A stretch of DNA of 64,000 nt. It comes from Mobula hypostoma (taxonomy: Eukaryota). Position 1 is the stretch's first letter. Every line of letters starts with the position of its first letter. Made by a program: the position numbers and the translations under genes. The notes under the pieces are model-generated. The model was not told where the DNA came from. It did not search any database and worked only from the letters and a program-made list of their open reading frames with translations. Positions 1 to 14,415 of this stretch are shown piece by piece. Location of the stretch: contig NC_086099.1 of assembly GCF_963921235.1 (NCBI RefSeq), positions 189,286,001-189,350,000 of the forward strand, read 5' to 3'.

Positions 1-559
1 ATTGGTTGTTTGTCAGTCTTTATGTACAATTCTCAAATTCTTTTGTAAATGCCTGCAAGAAAATGAATCTCTAAGTAGAATATGGCGACATATGTGTACT
101 TTGGTAATAAATTTATTTTGACTTTAACCTAGCATATCAAATCATTTAACAAGGATATAGCTTATGTGACTTTAATTTCAATGCCACCTTCCCATCTATC
201 CACATTTTTAATGAGTTCGTCAAGAATCTATAGTTTAAATATGTTCAGACACTACTTCCACTGCCGTTTGATTGAGAATTTCAAAGACCCATAAATTAAG
301 ACAAAACGGACTACACCTTGTGACTCCCAGTTCCAGCTTCTCCACTCACCTCAACAAGACCCCCTGCTCAATTTTTTTCAGTCACATTCCTACTCACTCT
401 ACTACACACCAGCAGACGTGAGCCTAGCCTGTGCCATAGGACAACATGCCCATTTGGGATATCTTTCTGCTGAGCTTTTCTGGAACTATTTGCAATGCAT
501 TTACAACCTCCCATAAATAAGGACACCAAAGTATACGTAGTATTACATGTGTGAAATCA

Positions 560-2460
560 CCAATGCTCAGTAACAGGCTCTTTGATCCCAACTAGTCCAT
601 GCTGACTAACCTAATTAAGCCAGGCCCACTTGCCTGCATTTTACCCATATCCCTACAAATTTTTCTTTTCCATGTCACTGTCTAAATGTAATAGTGCCTG
701 CCTGTACCACTTCCTCTGACAGAATGTCACATATACCCTTCACCCTCTGTGTAGAAAAACTTCACCTTAAGGCCCCCTTTAATTTTTTTCCACTCTCACT
801 TTAAATATATGCCCTCTTATTTTAGACCTCCACCATCAACCCTGCCCTCTCCTGCATCTCTTCCATTTCACATACATCTGCCCTCACCCCACCAGCCTCC
901 AGTGTCCAGCAAATAATTCTCTGTAACTTCTGCCATCTCCAATGGGATTCCACCACCAAGCACATCTTTCCCTCCCCCCACTTTCTGTAGAGATCACTCT
1001 CTATGTGACTCCCTTGTCTATTTATCCTCCCCACTGATCACCCTCCTGATACTTATCCTTGCAAGCAGAACAAGTGCTACACCTGCTCTCTCACTACCAC
1101 CCAGGGCCCGAACCAGTCCTCCCAGGTGAGGTGACACTTCAGCTATGAGTCGGTTGGGGATATCTACTGCATCCTGTGCTCCCAGTGTGGCCTCCTGTAT
1201 ATTGGTGAGACTCAACATAGATTGGGAGACCACTTCACCGAGCTCTGCCAGAAAAAGTGGGACCTCCTGGTGGCCACCCACTGCAAATCTACTTCCTGTT
1301 CCCATTCTGACATGCCAGTCCATGGCCTCCTCTACTACCGCAATAAGGCCACACTCAGGTTGGAGGAACAACATCTTATATTCTGTCTGAGTAGCCTCCA
1401 ACCTGATGGCATGAACATCGATTTCTTGAACTTCTGGTAATTGCCCCACCCCCTCACCATTCCAGTTTCCCTCTCTCACCTCATCCCCTTAACAGCCCAT
1501 CACCTCCCTTTGGTGGTCCTCCCACTTCACTTTCTTCTGTCCTCTCCTATCAGATTTCCCCCTTCTCTAGCTCTTTACCTCTTTCACCTATCAGCTTCTC
1601 AGCTCTTTACTTCACCCCTCCCCCTCTCCAGGTTTCACCCACTTTGTACTCCTTCCCCACTCCCTTCCTCCCTCCTACTCGCTCTAACGTCTCATCTTTT
1701 TTCTCCAGTCATGAAGAAGGGTCTAGACCCAAAACATTGACTTTTTACTCTTTCCATAGATGCTTCCTGACCCGCTGAGTTCCTCCAGTATTTTGTGTGT
1801 GTTGCTTGGATTTCCAGCATCTGTAGATTTTCTCGTCTTTAGACTCCTCTACCCTGGGAAAGCCTTAACTATGCCCCTCATGATCGTAAATACTTCTACA
1901 AGGCTCCCCCAGGTCCAGGGCAGGAAAGCCCAGTCTATTTAGTCTCTCCATACGATTCATGTCCTTCACTCCCAACAACATCCTTGTGAGCCTTATCTGT
2001 ACCTTTACCAGTTTAATAACGTTCTTCTTGGAGCGAGGCAACCAGAATGCACAAAATTCTCAGATCATTCTGTCATGTACAGTTGTAACATCATTTCTCA
2101 ACAGTTATACTCAATGCTCTGTTCTATCCTGGTTAAGCTATCAAAATGCAACACTTTGCACCTTTCTGAGTTAAATTCCCATCTGCCTATTTTGTCCCAC
2201 TTTCCCAGCTGATCCAGAACATACTGTAATCTTGGATAACCTTCTTCACCCTCCACTATACCACTAATTTTGACAGTTAGTGCACATTTACAAATCATGC
2301 CAGTAGAATTCTTATCCAACCATTAATATAGATGATAAACAGGGGACCCAACATTAGTTCCAGCAGCACACCATTGGTCACAGGTCTCCAATCTGAAAAA
2401 CAACCTTCCTGTACCACACTGACTCCTGCCATCAAGCCAATATTAAGCCCATTCAGCTAG
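560..2460 (-). mobile_element. CR1 LINE remnant split by the Penelope element
   Basis: ORF2-like fragments (LQ..LDQLGKW...W..EFN.ERCKVLHF) and CR1 3' sequence occur on both sides of the insertion. Confidence 0.75.
828..1837 (+). mobile_element. Penelope-like element 3' remnant (GIY-YIG endonuclease plus pLTR with a decayed hammerhead), inserted in a CR1
   Basis: IYCILCSQCGLLYIGETQHRLGDHF is a GIY-YIG motif. Decayed hammerhead agtc-atgaaga-agggtctagaccc-aaaa-cattgact at ~1707-1742. Flanking direct repeat TTTAGAC at 821-827 and 1838-1844. Confidence 0.85.
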
Positions 2461-3369
2461 CCCACTCTATATAACTGAACCTATATCTCCCTACTCTTTT
2501 ATTCAAATACCTTATCAATAATATTCTGTTAGCTTTCCTAATTACTTACCAGCCTTTGTGAATTATATTATAGAACACTTAAATTCCTCTGCATCTCAGA
2601 GCTCCGCAATCTTTTGCAATTTAGATAGTTTTTAAATTGTTTTTCTCACTAAAGCATGGAAATTTTCAAATTTCCCATATTATACTCCATTTACCCAATC
2701 TCTGGTCACACTTAAACTATCTTATCTCTTTGAAGCCTTATGTGGTCTTCATAATTTACTTCCTAACCTATCTTTTTGCCATAAGCAGAGTATACTTTTG
2801 GTGCCTTCAAGTCATTTCTATGAATTGTGGAAAGCTGGTAGAACAGTCACAAGTGAAATTAGAACACAAATCATCTTTCTTAACACACTTTATCTAAAAC
2901 TATAATGTTTATCCACATTCATCTACCCCCACCCCAAACCGATGTCTTCACATCCACACAAAAAATACTGCTTGCTGTGAATGTGAGGAGAATGAGAAAT
3001 TGGGCTGTGGGTGGGGAAGGCACAGGAAAAAAAGCCCAGTGTGCATGAGTGTACACGCTTTTAAATAGAAACTCTGTGCAACAGATCCAGATTGGAGAAA
3101 ACATTTCATGAAACAAGACCTTGAGTGAGAAATAAAACAACCTCAGATATGGGAAATATTAAATAAATAAATAAATGCTGGAACCGTAACCGGGAAAAGA
3201 AAAGCAGACTTTATGACCTAGGTCAGAGCCTTTTCCATCTGCTTCTTCCTCAACAGGCCATCACTTGAAATAATCAAGTCCTCATTTACTCTTCCAAACA
3301 CCAGGAACTCCAATCATCAGTCCAGTGTGAGTTCTTTTACTATCAAAATCCCTTCATTGCTGGAGGGAC

Positions 3370-3945
3370 AGAATCGCAGAGCAGGAAGGTTATGCTGCAA
3401 AGTACAGGGTACTGGTGAGGCCACACCTGGAGTACTGCATGCAGTTCTGGTCTCCTTACTTGAGACAAGATATACTGGTGTTGAAGACATTACAGAGGAA
3501 GTTCACCAGGTTGTTTCTGGAGATGAGGATGTCAGCCTACGAGGAAGGATTGTGTTGTCTGAAATTACACTTGCTTGAATTCAGAAGAATGAAAGGGAAT
3601 CTTATTAGAATATCTATAATTATTAAAGGGATGGACAAGACTGAGGCAGGAAAGTGGTTTTCACTGGTAGGTGAGAATAGAACTAGTGGACATAGCCTCA
3701 AGAGTCAGGGGAATACATGTAGTGCTGAGAGGAGGAGAAACTGCTTTTCCCAGAGAGCAGTAGACCTGTGGAATTTGCTGCCAGGGAAGCAATAGAGGAT
3801 TCCTCACTGTATATATTTAAGACATAGTTTTTGCATAAGGGTTATGGGTGGATAGAGCTGAGTCCATGCCCAGATCAGCCACAATCTTGTTGAATCATGA
3901 AGGAGGCTTGACATGCCAGATGGCCGACTACTATTTCTCATGTTA
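3370..3945 (+). mobile_element. CR1 LINE 3' fragment
   Basis: RPHLEYCMQFWSPY...TSGHSLK...RNCFSQRAVDLWN is the CR1 ORF2 C-terminus. Confidence 0.85.
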
Positions 3946-5100
3946 TGTAAAATCCAATCAAAAGGAGAGAAAAATGCAAACTGTATCATTCTGCTGCAAT
4001 ACCTAATTTCCCCACTAGATGGAGATGCTAAACTATAGAACAGTCCAACTAAACTATCCCACTAGTAGAATTGCAAGATCACAGAAGCAGTATTGAGTTG
4101 CTGATCTTGTAGCAATGGTTGAAGTACTATTAAAGGAGAATTGCAGGGGTTCAGCTGAGAATCACTTTTGAACACTGCCCTGTGATATTTTTTGAATGTG
4201 TGGATCCCAGATAAAAAAAAAGAGGATCAGGCTCAACCGTAATAATCAAATCCTTATCCCTACCACTCCCATGTGCTTAACTAGACTGCTGGCACTCCCT
4301 GTTAAACAATGTCTACTTTAGCATAGTGCCTGAAATGATGATAGCTGTAGAAATGGCAGTTCTGCAAGGTGTCAATTCTTCAGAAGAGAGAAGAGTAAAT
4401 CTAAAGGATAAGGCAAAAAAAAGAGTTCAAATCTGAACAGGTTTTAAACACAACCCATAATTTCTTAGACATTTTACAATATCCCTCTGGCAAAGGACAC
4501 TAATGAAATCATGAAATTCTCATTTCACATTATATCAGACCTACTGAGTAGTCATATCAGTTAATAAATTGCCACTGATTATATTCTCCATGCACAAAGC
4601 CATTTTGCCCGTTAAATAGTTGCAACATGTGACATGTCCATTCACAAATAGCATTGTAATTGTGAAAAATTCAATTTATTTTTCTAAAATTGTTTTTGAG
4701 GAATGCAAAATTCCCCAATATACTAAAGGGGATAAGTTGAGTTATAACATTCAAACGTGAGAAATTGGAGGTGGGCCACATGACAGCTTGCCCCATCATC
4801 CAATAAAATAAAAAAAAATCTGATCTTTGCCTCCCTGGCTACATGCAGCATAAATATCAGTATAGACTATATAGATAAAATATCTGTGTCTGTTCTGCAA
4901 CTTCTATGTAATTCTATACTGTTTTGCTCTATAGGGTATGAGGTAGTCGGAAAGAAATTTTTAGTCACTTTACACAAATCACATCATAATTTCAATTAAG
5001 AATATCTTTGTGGATCTGCATTTAATCCACCTCACTACAACCTCATCAATAAAGTTTTCCAGGTTCAATAAGCTATTATTTGTGCAATACAAAAAGTTAC

Positions 5101-6438
5101 CTGAAAAGATCCAGTTAGTTTGTATGACTGGATTCTTGGCAGAGGTGTCACAGCTTGTGGGTAACTTCCAGTGCAAAGGGATATATCCATTTTTTCTACA
5201 GACTCCATACTCATCATGGACTTTACAGATAAATCACATTCATATATTGGACTACAATAACTTCGGAATAGAACATTAGGCTTCTTTTGGTTTGAAGCCA
5301 GAGGTTTGACCAGGAATAAAGGGCAGGTTTCTGCTGAATGGTTGCTGCACTTGTTATTGTCACCAACTATACGCTGATGCTTTGGTGCACTGTGAGGCAG
5401 TGTTTTATGCAGGATGCAAGACTGGGGAGAAACACGGTCCTTAGCTGTGGCCCCTTCAAATAAGGAATCTTTTGTGCTTATGTCTAATGTTTTCTCATGA
5501 AGTACTTCTGAGAAAGATTCATCTTGAGCAGAAGATGCTGAATACAAACTTAATCTTCTCTGTAGATTCTTATCATTGTCATCAGTCTGAAAACTGCAAT
5601 TAAGGTCATCTTTACAATCTTTCTTTTCACATTGCTCATCTAGCTCAGTCATCAAGTTTTTGGCTAGGGAAGTGACAGATGCAATATCAGATGTTCTTTC
5701 AAGGTTACCACCATTCCCTTCAAAGCACTCATTATCCACAATGGGGCTTTTGCAGTTACGTATTTCAGAGTCTAATCCCAGTGCATCTATTTCCCTGGTT
5801 AAACCTGTGTGAGCAATTGGTTGGAATTCTGGAATTTCATATCCACGTTCATATTCTGAATTTGTCTTCTTTCTCCGGGTACCAACTGAAAATGGGCTAT
5901 GATCTACCTGATCAAATGTCCTCTTTGACCTGTTTTGCTTATCACCGATTTCCTCATGGAATTCACTCCCATAACAGTCTTGAGAAGTAGTTGATGAAAT
6001 ATCCATCAGGCACCCTTGGGGAGGTAAACTTTCAGATGGAACAGTCCCTTCTGATGTCGTTACTTGGCAAAGGCCTTGCCCAAAATTCACTGAGCTTTCC
6101 ATTACTTCGCTTCCCCAAGCAGGCGAAGAGCTGTGAGTACGAAGTCTGTTGGGTGAGGCTTTGATCATTTCAGCTGTGGGTGAGGTAACCTTTTCTTCTT
6201 CCTTTGCCACACTTTTGTAAAGGCATTTTTTGACAACACCCTTTACTGCATTGTTCAAAGGAGTAGCCCGAATCTCTCCATCTAGCCTCCTTCCTGGACT
6301 GTTTTCATTTTCAACCAGAGAGACAGTCATATCCAAACTGCCTTTATGATGGATATCATCCTTCTGAAATGAGCTACCTATAACAGATGTTCCATTATCT
6401 GTAATCACTCCCGAACCAGGCTCTCCAACTTCTGCTCC
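5101..6438 (-). CDS. MASTL: MASTL exon 8 (large middle-region exon)
   Basis: Lies within ORF 5065..6444. Acceptor gatctttgcag|GGA, donor CAG|gtaact, 1338 nt in frame. Motifs KRTFDQVDHSP, HTGLTREI, VAKNLMTELDE-like (LAKNLMTELDE), FRSYCSPI and GSYPQAVTP match Greatwall. Confidence 0.93.
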
Positions 6439-7735
6439 CTGCAAAGATCACAACAAAGTTAAAACTATACAATGAAAAAAAGCATATCAATCCATCTGCT
6501 TCAAATAACCGAACTAGTTAATTCTGACAATCAGAAACAGTTGCTTCTTACTCAATATACTTTAGGAGGAAATCTGTCTAATTTCTTTTCCAGTTAATTC
6601 AGCCCACTCAGAGGCTGACCCTATGGACTTCGCCTATTGTGTCAGATTTCAGCAAAACTTTTCATAACTGCCTTCAAAACATCCACTTACTTCATCATTA
6701 AGACTGATCCAGCAATAAACCGCATTTAGTATACCCTTGATTGCCCATGCCACCTAATTAACAATAATAACTTATTTGTAGAGTACTTTTCATACAGACG
6801 ATATAGTTCAAAGAGGTTTGCAATCAGATAAAGTACAAACATGAAGATAAAAGATAAAAAGATGTCACTTAAAAACCAGGTTAAATAAATAGGTTTAAGC
6901 TGGTGATAATTCGTGTTTGAATTATCGTCTACCACCTTCTGTCCTCACCCCAAATATCTTGCCCTATTTCTTCCCAACTCTCCTGATCCTCTCTCAACTT
7001 GTTGTCCACAACACCCACCTTCTGTTTGTTCTCTTTGCCCTGCTTTCACGACAAAGCTGGCCACCCATCTCTCCTTTAGAAACTCCAACTTACTTTTTGT
7101 CCCTTAATTTCCTGAATGTGTGTACATGCCTAAATTAGTGTCCAACTTAATCAAATCTTTTAATTGAATTCCTCCCATTAGATGTAAGCTACTAAAAACA
7201 TCCATGTGATTGTTGTAAAGATAATCTTTCCTGGCTTATCTGCAGCCTTTGACATTGTTGATTACATCAATTTCTCCAATAGATCTTTATAATTCAGTCG
7301 TGTAGGACCAGACTTTCTTTGTTTCATTCTTATCCATCTAAATGATAGTCAAAAAAAAATGCCTTCTCTTCCCACACTCTGGCCTAAAAACCTTTCACAA
7401 GCCCATCTTCCTTCTCATCTGAGGGCTGCTGCCCAGGGACATCAATTGAAAATAACATGCAACAAAGACACCCGGCGTAGTTTTGCCACTAACTTGTCCT
7501 CTTCACACTATCCAAATGATAAAGCTGTTTGCTACAACATTCAGTAATGGATTAGGATAAATTTGGAACTACATGTGAGAAACACCAAAGCCATTACTTT
7601 CATTTCCCATTAATTCTTAGGCACGAATAATTTCAAATTCATTTTTGAAATACCACTTTTCAGTTAATTCAATGAATCTTGCATAGCATATTAAAAGATA
7701 CTGAAAGCTATTGACAGAATTGAAAAAAGACAAGC

Positions 7736-7908
7736 CTGGAGTTCTTTCTCCCACAATGGACTCCTTAAACATCCTGATTCTGTGCTGGAGGGAAACAGGC
7801 GTGATTGACTGCTGGTACTGGATGCTCCAACCTTTGTATTTAACTGTGCAAAGTCTGGAGTCAGATATTTTACTGGCAAGCTTGGACTGCACGATGAGCT
7901 ATCAGCAC
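7736..7908 (-). CDS. MASTL: MASTL exon 7
   Basis: Acceptor ttccttcttcag|; GADSSSCSPSLPVKYLTPDFAQLNTKVGASSTSSQSRLFPSSTESGCLRSPLWEKELQ resembles vertebrate ...PVKCLT...SSASSQS...SPKWEKDCQ. 173 nt; inferred GC donor CAG|gcttgt. Confidence 0.85.
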
Positions 7909-8552
7909 CTGAAGAAGGAAAATGCTCAATTGATCTTTGCATCAAGACCATAGGCGCACAAATGTATCTAGGTGGTACATTTGAAAATGAGTATCTATAG
8001 GATAAAGTTAAAAAAACATGCGGAACTGTTTACCAGCAAAAATAGAATATGATGATGGAAAAGAACATTAGCAGCACACAGTTCCTCATTTAACTTGTAT
8101 TTGTAAATAACAATGATTATATTAAACTTACTACTTAAAAAAATGCTAACCTTCATTTGGCTGGTTACCCCAAAATTAGGCTTTTCCCTTGTCTAAAGCT
8201 CATTGCTAGCATTCAGCCTCAAATTTTCTGAAGACCACAAGACATAGGAGCAGAATTAGGCTAATCAGCCCATCAAATCTGCTCTGCCATTCCATCATGG
8301 CTGATCTTGGATCCCATTTAACCCCATACACCTGTCTTCTCACCATATCCTGTAAGACCACAAAACATGGGAGCAAAATTATGTCATTAAGTATAATGCC
8401 TACTCCCAAGCTAAACACTTACAGTTACTATCTGATCAGGAAACATTGACATCAGACTTCAAAAAAGCATTTTGTGAAATCAAAAAACACTTATTGATTT
8501 ATTGTAAACATGCTTATGCCTATTAATATCCACTTATTTTTGTCAATCAGAC

Positions 8553-8697
8553 CTTTAATTGCAAGCCCTCTTTTACATCCTTCAGCATTCTGTGGCAGAG
8601 GAGAACAAAGTGATCCAAAGGAAACACTGGCATTGCTACACACCATGGGGCTCATCAGTGACGATGCATCTTTAGTCTTTCCTCCCATTGGTGTGTT
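8553..8697 (-). CDS. MASTL: MASTL exon 6 (start of the non-conserved middle region)
   Basis: Acceptor ctatttag|AAC ACA CCA gives NTP, as expected after SLGF. NTPMGGKTKDASSLMSPMVCS...GLAIK; phase-1 donor G|gtctga. The donor is less certain because an upstream phase-1 T|gtaaaa also fits. Confidence 0.8.
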
Positions 8698-9699
8698 CTA
8701 AATAGAAAGTCAGAAACACATGAGCATTTAACACGTACAAAGGAAAACTGGTTAAGCAGTAAATACTTCAAAATAATCAATATGAAATAATGTATAAGCA
8801 ACATTTATTAAAAAAGTGACTTCAGTCAATCATTTTTTGTAAAAGGACAGAGCATTTCCAAATCTTGTTGTCAATTGTTAACAGGGAATTCATAGGTTCT
8901 TGAGCAAAAGCCTGATTCTGAAAGTGATTCTTATGTTCTCTTTTCAATTGTATTAACCTCTAGCAAAAACTGTGTGACAAGAGATACAGATTTAACCTGC
9001 ATCTGAACCACCATTCAGGGGTTTCTCATCCTGAAATCTTATAATGATCATCTGTTGGTTAGTTGGAGATAATTGCTAGTGCCTCTATTGGGTACATTTC
9101 CTTTGGTTGCTCTCTGCATGACCACATGAAAAAAGATAGATTACATTGTAGAAAAGACAACCAAGAAATTTCCGGCTTTTTCTTTGTTTTTTTTTTAGAA
9201 AACACTTATCACACTGGATAATAATTAAAACAAAGCAATGGAAATACTGAGCAGATTAGGCAGCATCTGCATGAGAGAAAGCTAAATGTTTCATGTCCAT
9301 AACCTGTCAACAACGTGAGCCAATGTCAATAGTCACCAGTTAAAATATTGTTTCCCCCTCTCAGATGCTGACTGACCCATTGAGTACTTCTAGCAATTTT
9401 TGTTCTATTTCAGCGTTTGAAGTTGTTTGCATGTGGAAAGTGGATCATGACTGAAGCATGGCAGATGTAGAAAGTTTGTTCTTTTAATTGAAAATCTCTT
9501 GCTATGTTTCACTTGGAGGCAATTTGGAGAAATTTGTAAAATTCCATATTTAATACTTCAAATCAAGAACTGTTATAGCACTGCAGGCTGCCATTTGGCC
9601 ACAGAATTTGCAATATGCACATCCTGGTGTGTTGTTAACCTTACAAAGTCACCCACAAAATTGTGTGAACTGTACTAGAGTTCTCAAAGAATAGCAAAG

Positions 9700-10540
9700 A
9701 AGACTATCAAAGCTTGCAGCAGGATCTGGACCAGCTGGAAAAGTAGGCTGAGAAATGGCTGCTTAAATTTAATACAGACAAGTGTGAGGTGTTGAACTTA
9801 GAAAGGACCAATCAGGGTAGGTCTTACACAGTGAGCGGCAGGGCACTGAGGAGTACAGGAGATCAAAAGGATCTGGGAATACAAGTCCACAACTCATTGA
9901 AAATGCTGGCACAGGTAGATAGGGTCATAAGAAAGTTTTTGGCACACTGACCATTGATTGAAGTATTGAGTACACGAATTGGGATGTTATGTTGGAGTTG
10001 TACAAGACATTGGTAAGGCCTAATTTAGACTATAGTGTGCAGTTTTGGATATCTACATACAGGAAAGATGGAAATGAGATTAAAAGAGTACAGAGAAAAC
10101 TTACAAGGATGCTGCTGGGACTGGAGGACCCAGGTAATAAGGAAAGATTGATTAGGTTAGAACTTTATTGTCTAGAACATGGAAGATTGAGGAGATTGAT
10201 AGAGGTATACAACACTATGAGGGATATAGACAAGCTAAATGTAAGCAAGCTATTTTCTCCACTGAGATTGGGTGAGACTAAAACTGGAGCTCATGGGTTA
10301 CAGGTGAAAGGTGAAATGTTTAAGGGGAACAAGAGGGGAACCTTCTTCATTCAGAGGGTGGCAAGAGTGTGGAACAAGCTGCCAGCACAATTGGTGGATG
10401 TGATTTTGATTTCAACGTTTAAGAGAAGTCTGGATAGGTAGGTGTATGGAGGGCCATGGTCCCAGTGCAGGTTGATGGGACTAGGCAATTTAAATGGTTT
10501 GGTACAAAGGCCCTATTTCTGTGCTGTAGTTTTCTATGAC
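9700..10540 (+). mobile_element. CR1 LINE 3' fragment
   Basis: LYKTLVRPNLDYSVQFW...FFIQRVARVWNKLP followed by the 3' tail. Confidence 0.85.
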
Positions 10541-10854
10541 TAATAGCCTGATGCAATAGTACAGAATCATACTATACAGTTAATGAGCCAGACACCTCTA
10601 TCATCCCATAATTTTGACTACTTTCTGTCCCACCATCAGGAACCTCCAGAGGTGCTAGAACAGGTAGATGACATGGGGCTAGTTACAAGCTGCTCTCTGT
10701 ATTTCTACATATCACAGTGATATCCAATTAAAGTGGCTTTGAGAGTTCTCATTGCACCAGATCAAACACAGGCTGAAAAATAATCTCCTGTTAACCACCT
10801 ATGATCTTTGTCAGCTTATGGGCCAATAATCTTTCACACTTAGCAATAAAGCTG

Positions 10855-11040
10855 GCTGGCAGTGTAGTGGCATTTGCACCAGACTTCAAGGTGAGTGGTC
10901 CCGGGTTCGAATCCAGCTGGCTTTTTGCATACTTTATATCCGTGCTGGGTTGAGTGTCAAGCTAGCTACTTGGCCTCGTTAAAAAAAAGATGAAAATGCT
11001 AAAGAGACAACAAGGTTGCTGCCTGATGCGGCACAAGGAA
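10855..11040 (+). mobile_element. tRNA-derived SINE
   Basis: A-box-like TGGCAGTGTAGTGG and B-box GGTTCGAATCC, followed by a non-tRNA body. Confidence 0.65.
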
Positions 11041-12069
11041 TAGCAATAAACAATAATTGGGCGGAGCAATGAGAACAACAAGCGCACAAATTGTACCCTG
11101 GATAGGGGAAATTCAAAGCCCAGCACAAAGAGTTACTTAGTTCCATCTCCTCTGGTAAAGCTGGTAGAGTAATAAAAAACAGAGACACAGGTGCTAGCAT
11201 CTGGAGCAATGTACAAAACACTGGAGGAACTTAGCAGGTCAGCCAGCATCTATAGAGTGAAATGGACAGTTGACATCGTAGGTCGAGGCCGCTCAGATGG
11301 ACCAAAAGATACAGGGGAGTTTGCTGGTATTAGAAGTTGGAGAAATGGTATACTCCACCCCATCTCCTGAAGTCAAATGACCAGCTCTTTTGTTTTGCTG
11401 ACATTGAAGAAAGGTTCTGGTCTTCACATCAAGCCACGTGGTTCTGTATCTCCTTCCTGTAATGCAGCTCATCTTTGATTGAGATCCTGCCATTATAGTG
11501 ATATCTTCTGAGAACTTGTGAATGGACCAAGAGCAGAGCTTGGCCACACAGTCATAGTATTAGCACTATTTGCAAGTCCTCAGATAATGAAGCAGTCTAC
11601 AGGCAAATGCAGCAAGACCCAGCCAAACTTTCAATGGCATTACTGAACTCCTTTCCTACTCTAAATATTGGAGGTATTAGCATTGATCAATAACTGAACT
11701 GGAGCCTGTGGCAAATAACTCACACTGGTAACACTTCAAAGCTTGTCCAGCATCTCAGGGCTCAAGTCAGCAATGTGATGCTGTTCTAGATGAGTGCAGC
11801 TTCACCAACACAAGAAGATCAACAGTATACTGGACATAGTAGCCCACTTGATAGGCAACCTGTGGACAGTGATTCACTTACTACACCAGCAGCTATTTAT
11901 AAGAGCTATAGGATATACTGCAGCAACTCACCAAGACTCCTAGGACAGCACCTTCTAAACCCATGGTTTTGAGCTAAACCAGCTGGAAGGACAAGGGCAG
12001 CAAAAGCCAACATCTGGAAGTTGCCCATCAAGCCATGCTTCACTCTAACTTCGATCTCAATACCTCCCT

Positions 12070-12600
12070 CTTGTGAGCAGTTTTGGACCCTTTAGCCAAG
12101 AAAAATGTGCTGGCATTGGAGAGGGTCCAGAGAAGGTTCCCAAGAATGATCCCAGGAATGAAAGGGTTAACATATGAGAAGTGTTTGATGGCTCTAGGCC
12201 TGTACTCACTGGAGTTTAGAAGAATGAGAGGGGAATCTCATTGAAATCTATCAAATATTGAAAGGCCTAGAATGAGTGGATGTAGATAGGATATTACCTA
12301 TAGTGGAGGAGCACAGCGTTAGAATAAAAAGATATCCATTTGAAACAAAGATGAGGAGGAATTTCTTTAGCCAAGCTGAGGTGAATCTATGGAATTCAAT
12401 GCCATGGATGGCTATGGAGGTCAAGTCATTGGGTATACAGTATTTAAAGCAGAGCTTAATAGATTCTTGATTAGTAAAGGTGTCAAAGGTTATGGGTAGA
12501 AGGCAGGAGAATGGGGTTGAGAGGGATAATAAAATCAGCCAATGGAACGGTGGAGCAGAATCGATGGACCAAATTCTGCTCTCATGTCTTATGGTCTGCG
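12070..12600 (+). mobile_element. CR1 LINE 3' fragment
   Basis: MRRNFFSQAEVNLWNSMP and a CR1 3' UTR. Confidence 0.8.
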
Positions 12601-12624
12601 CAAATGTACCTCGATTAGCAAGGT

Positions 12625-13905
12625 ACACCATAAGCCAGTGTGCTTAGCCCCCTGCTCTACTCGCATTATACCCAAATGCATCTGCAATGCGATAATTAAG
12701 TTTGTTGTAGCTGTGTGCCGCTGGATTTCATAGTGACTGGCCCCTCCCCCCCCCTCCCCCCTCCCCTTGGTGTTACTCTCCGGTACTCACTCAGTTGAAG
12801 AACAAGCTGAACCAGAAAAACTCAGGGACTTGGGCTATATTCTCTTCTTTCCTCTCTTTGTAACTGTGATTTTTTTTTTTCTGAAATCGTAACCTTATGT
12901 GCTATGTTCTGTGTGCAGTGTGCTGTTGGTAATGTGTTTTGCACCTTGGCCCTGGAGGAATAATATTTTGTTTCGCTATATTCATTTATGGCTGAATGAT
13001 AATTAAACATGAAACCTGAACTTGAACTTGCCACCACTGTAGGTTGAATCAAAGGTAGTGATGAATTGGCATACAAGAGGAAAAAGTTTAGTTGGATAGA
13101 GCTGCAACAACCTCTCAGTCAACATCAGTAAAACTAAAGAGCTGATTGTCAACTACAGGACGAAGAAACCAGAGGTCCGTGAGCAATCAGATCGCCTCAT
13201 TGGGCGATCAGACGGTCAGTAACTTGGTGTTGTATCAGATGATCTGTCCTGGGGCCAGCACAGAAATGTCTTCACAAAGACAGCACTGCTAATTTCTTAG
13301 AAGTTTGAGCTGATTCAGCATGTCCTTCTAAAACTTTGACAAGCTTCTACAGATGCACAGTGAAGATTATCCTAACTGGTTGCATCATGCCCAGGTATAG
13401 GAACATTAATACCCAGGAATGGAAAATTCTACTAAGTGTGGTGGACACAGCTCAGTCTATCAGAGGTAAAGCCCTCCCCACCATTGAATACATTTACAAG
13501 GAGTACTGCTGCAAAAAAGCAGTACCCACCATTCAGCCCATGCTCTCTTCTCACTACTACCATCAGGCAAGAGAATACAGGAGCTTTAGGTCCCACACCA
13601 CCAGGTTCAGAATCAGTTATTATCCAAATCAGGCTCTTGAACCAGTATGGATAACTTCACCCACCCCAACTCTAAACTAATTCCACAATCTAGATTCACT
13701 TTCAAGCACTCTACAACTAATGATCTCAGTATTATTTTTTTCTTATTTGCATAATTTGTCTTCTTTTGCATATGGGTTGCTTGTCAGTCTGTTATGTACA
13801 GTTTTTCATAAGTTTTATCATACTTTATTTTCCTGTAAGTGCCTGCAAGACAATGAATGGAGCTGACATTATGTATATATAATAAATTTACTTTGACTTT
13901 GGACT
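12625..13905 (+). mobile_element. Rex1/Babar-type LINE remnant with a nested non-autonomous element (~12760-13030)
   Basis: FYRCTVKIILTGCI motif; tail aataaatttactttgactttg. Confidence 0.7.
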
Positions 13906-14158
13906 TCACTTGGAAATCTATCTCCATTCCTTTACAGTAGCTAGTTTAAAATCGTAGTACTCTCTTCAAAACAGCATTGTGGGCATATGCACACCTCAAT
14001 AGCTGTAGAGATTCAAGATGGTAGCTCAGCACCATCTTAAGGGCAACTAGGGATGGGCAATTAAATGTTGGCTCAGCCTGCAAAGCCCACATCCCTTGAA
14101 GGAAAATCAAAAAAAATGTTTGGAAAATAGGCATGTAAACCACACATATCATATGGAA

Positions 14159-14228
14159 CTGGGGTTCCCAACCTTTTTTTTTTAAAAATGCCATGGACCC
14201 CTACCATTAACCAAGATTGGAAACCCTA
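14159..14228. mobile_element. Short hAT (Charlie-like) MITE
   Basis: Ends GGGGTTCCCAACC and TTGGAAACCCT. A related copy lies at ~20867-20945 in the opposite orientation. Confidence 0.55.
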
Positions 14229-14308
14229 ATCTTGAATGTCACATTTGCATACAGCATATGCATCACATTATCATTTCTGTATTAAAAAAAACGACAATTA
14301 GTACTTAC

Positions 14309-14415
14309 AAAGCCCAGAGAACTAATGAGAGACAAGATCTGGCCCGGAGTACGGTAGTAGTCCAGTTTTGGATTTATCATGGAAGGTGTGTTCAGAATAT
14401 CCATCATGTTTATTT
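14309..14415 (-). CDS. MASTL: MASTL exon 5
   Basis: Acceptor tttcaag|; EINMMDILNTPSMINPKLDYYRTPGQILSLISSLGF keeps T194, T207 and S213 at the human numbering; donor gtaagt; 107 nt. Confidence 0.95.

Noticed and set aside
1-5100. MASTL exon 9 (TPYRTPKSVRRG...GTPDYLAPE)
   Set aside because: I found no matching sequence; downstream exons presumably lie left of the window.
5065-6444. 459-aa ORF as a standalone gene
   Set aside because: It is the large MASTL exon 8 plus intronic read-through; splice sites lie at 6438 and 5101.
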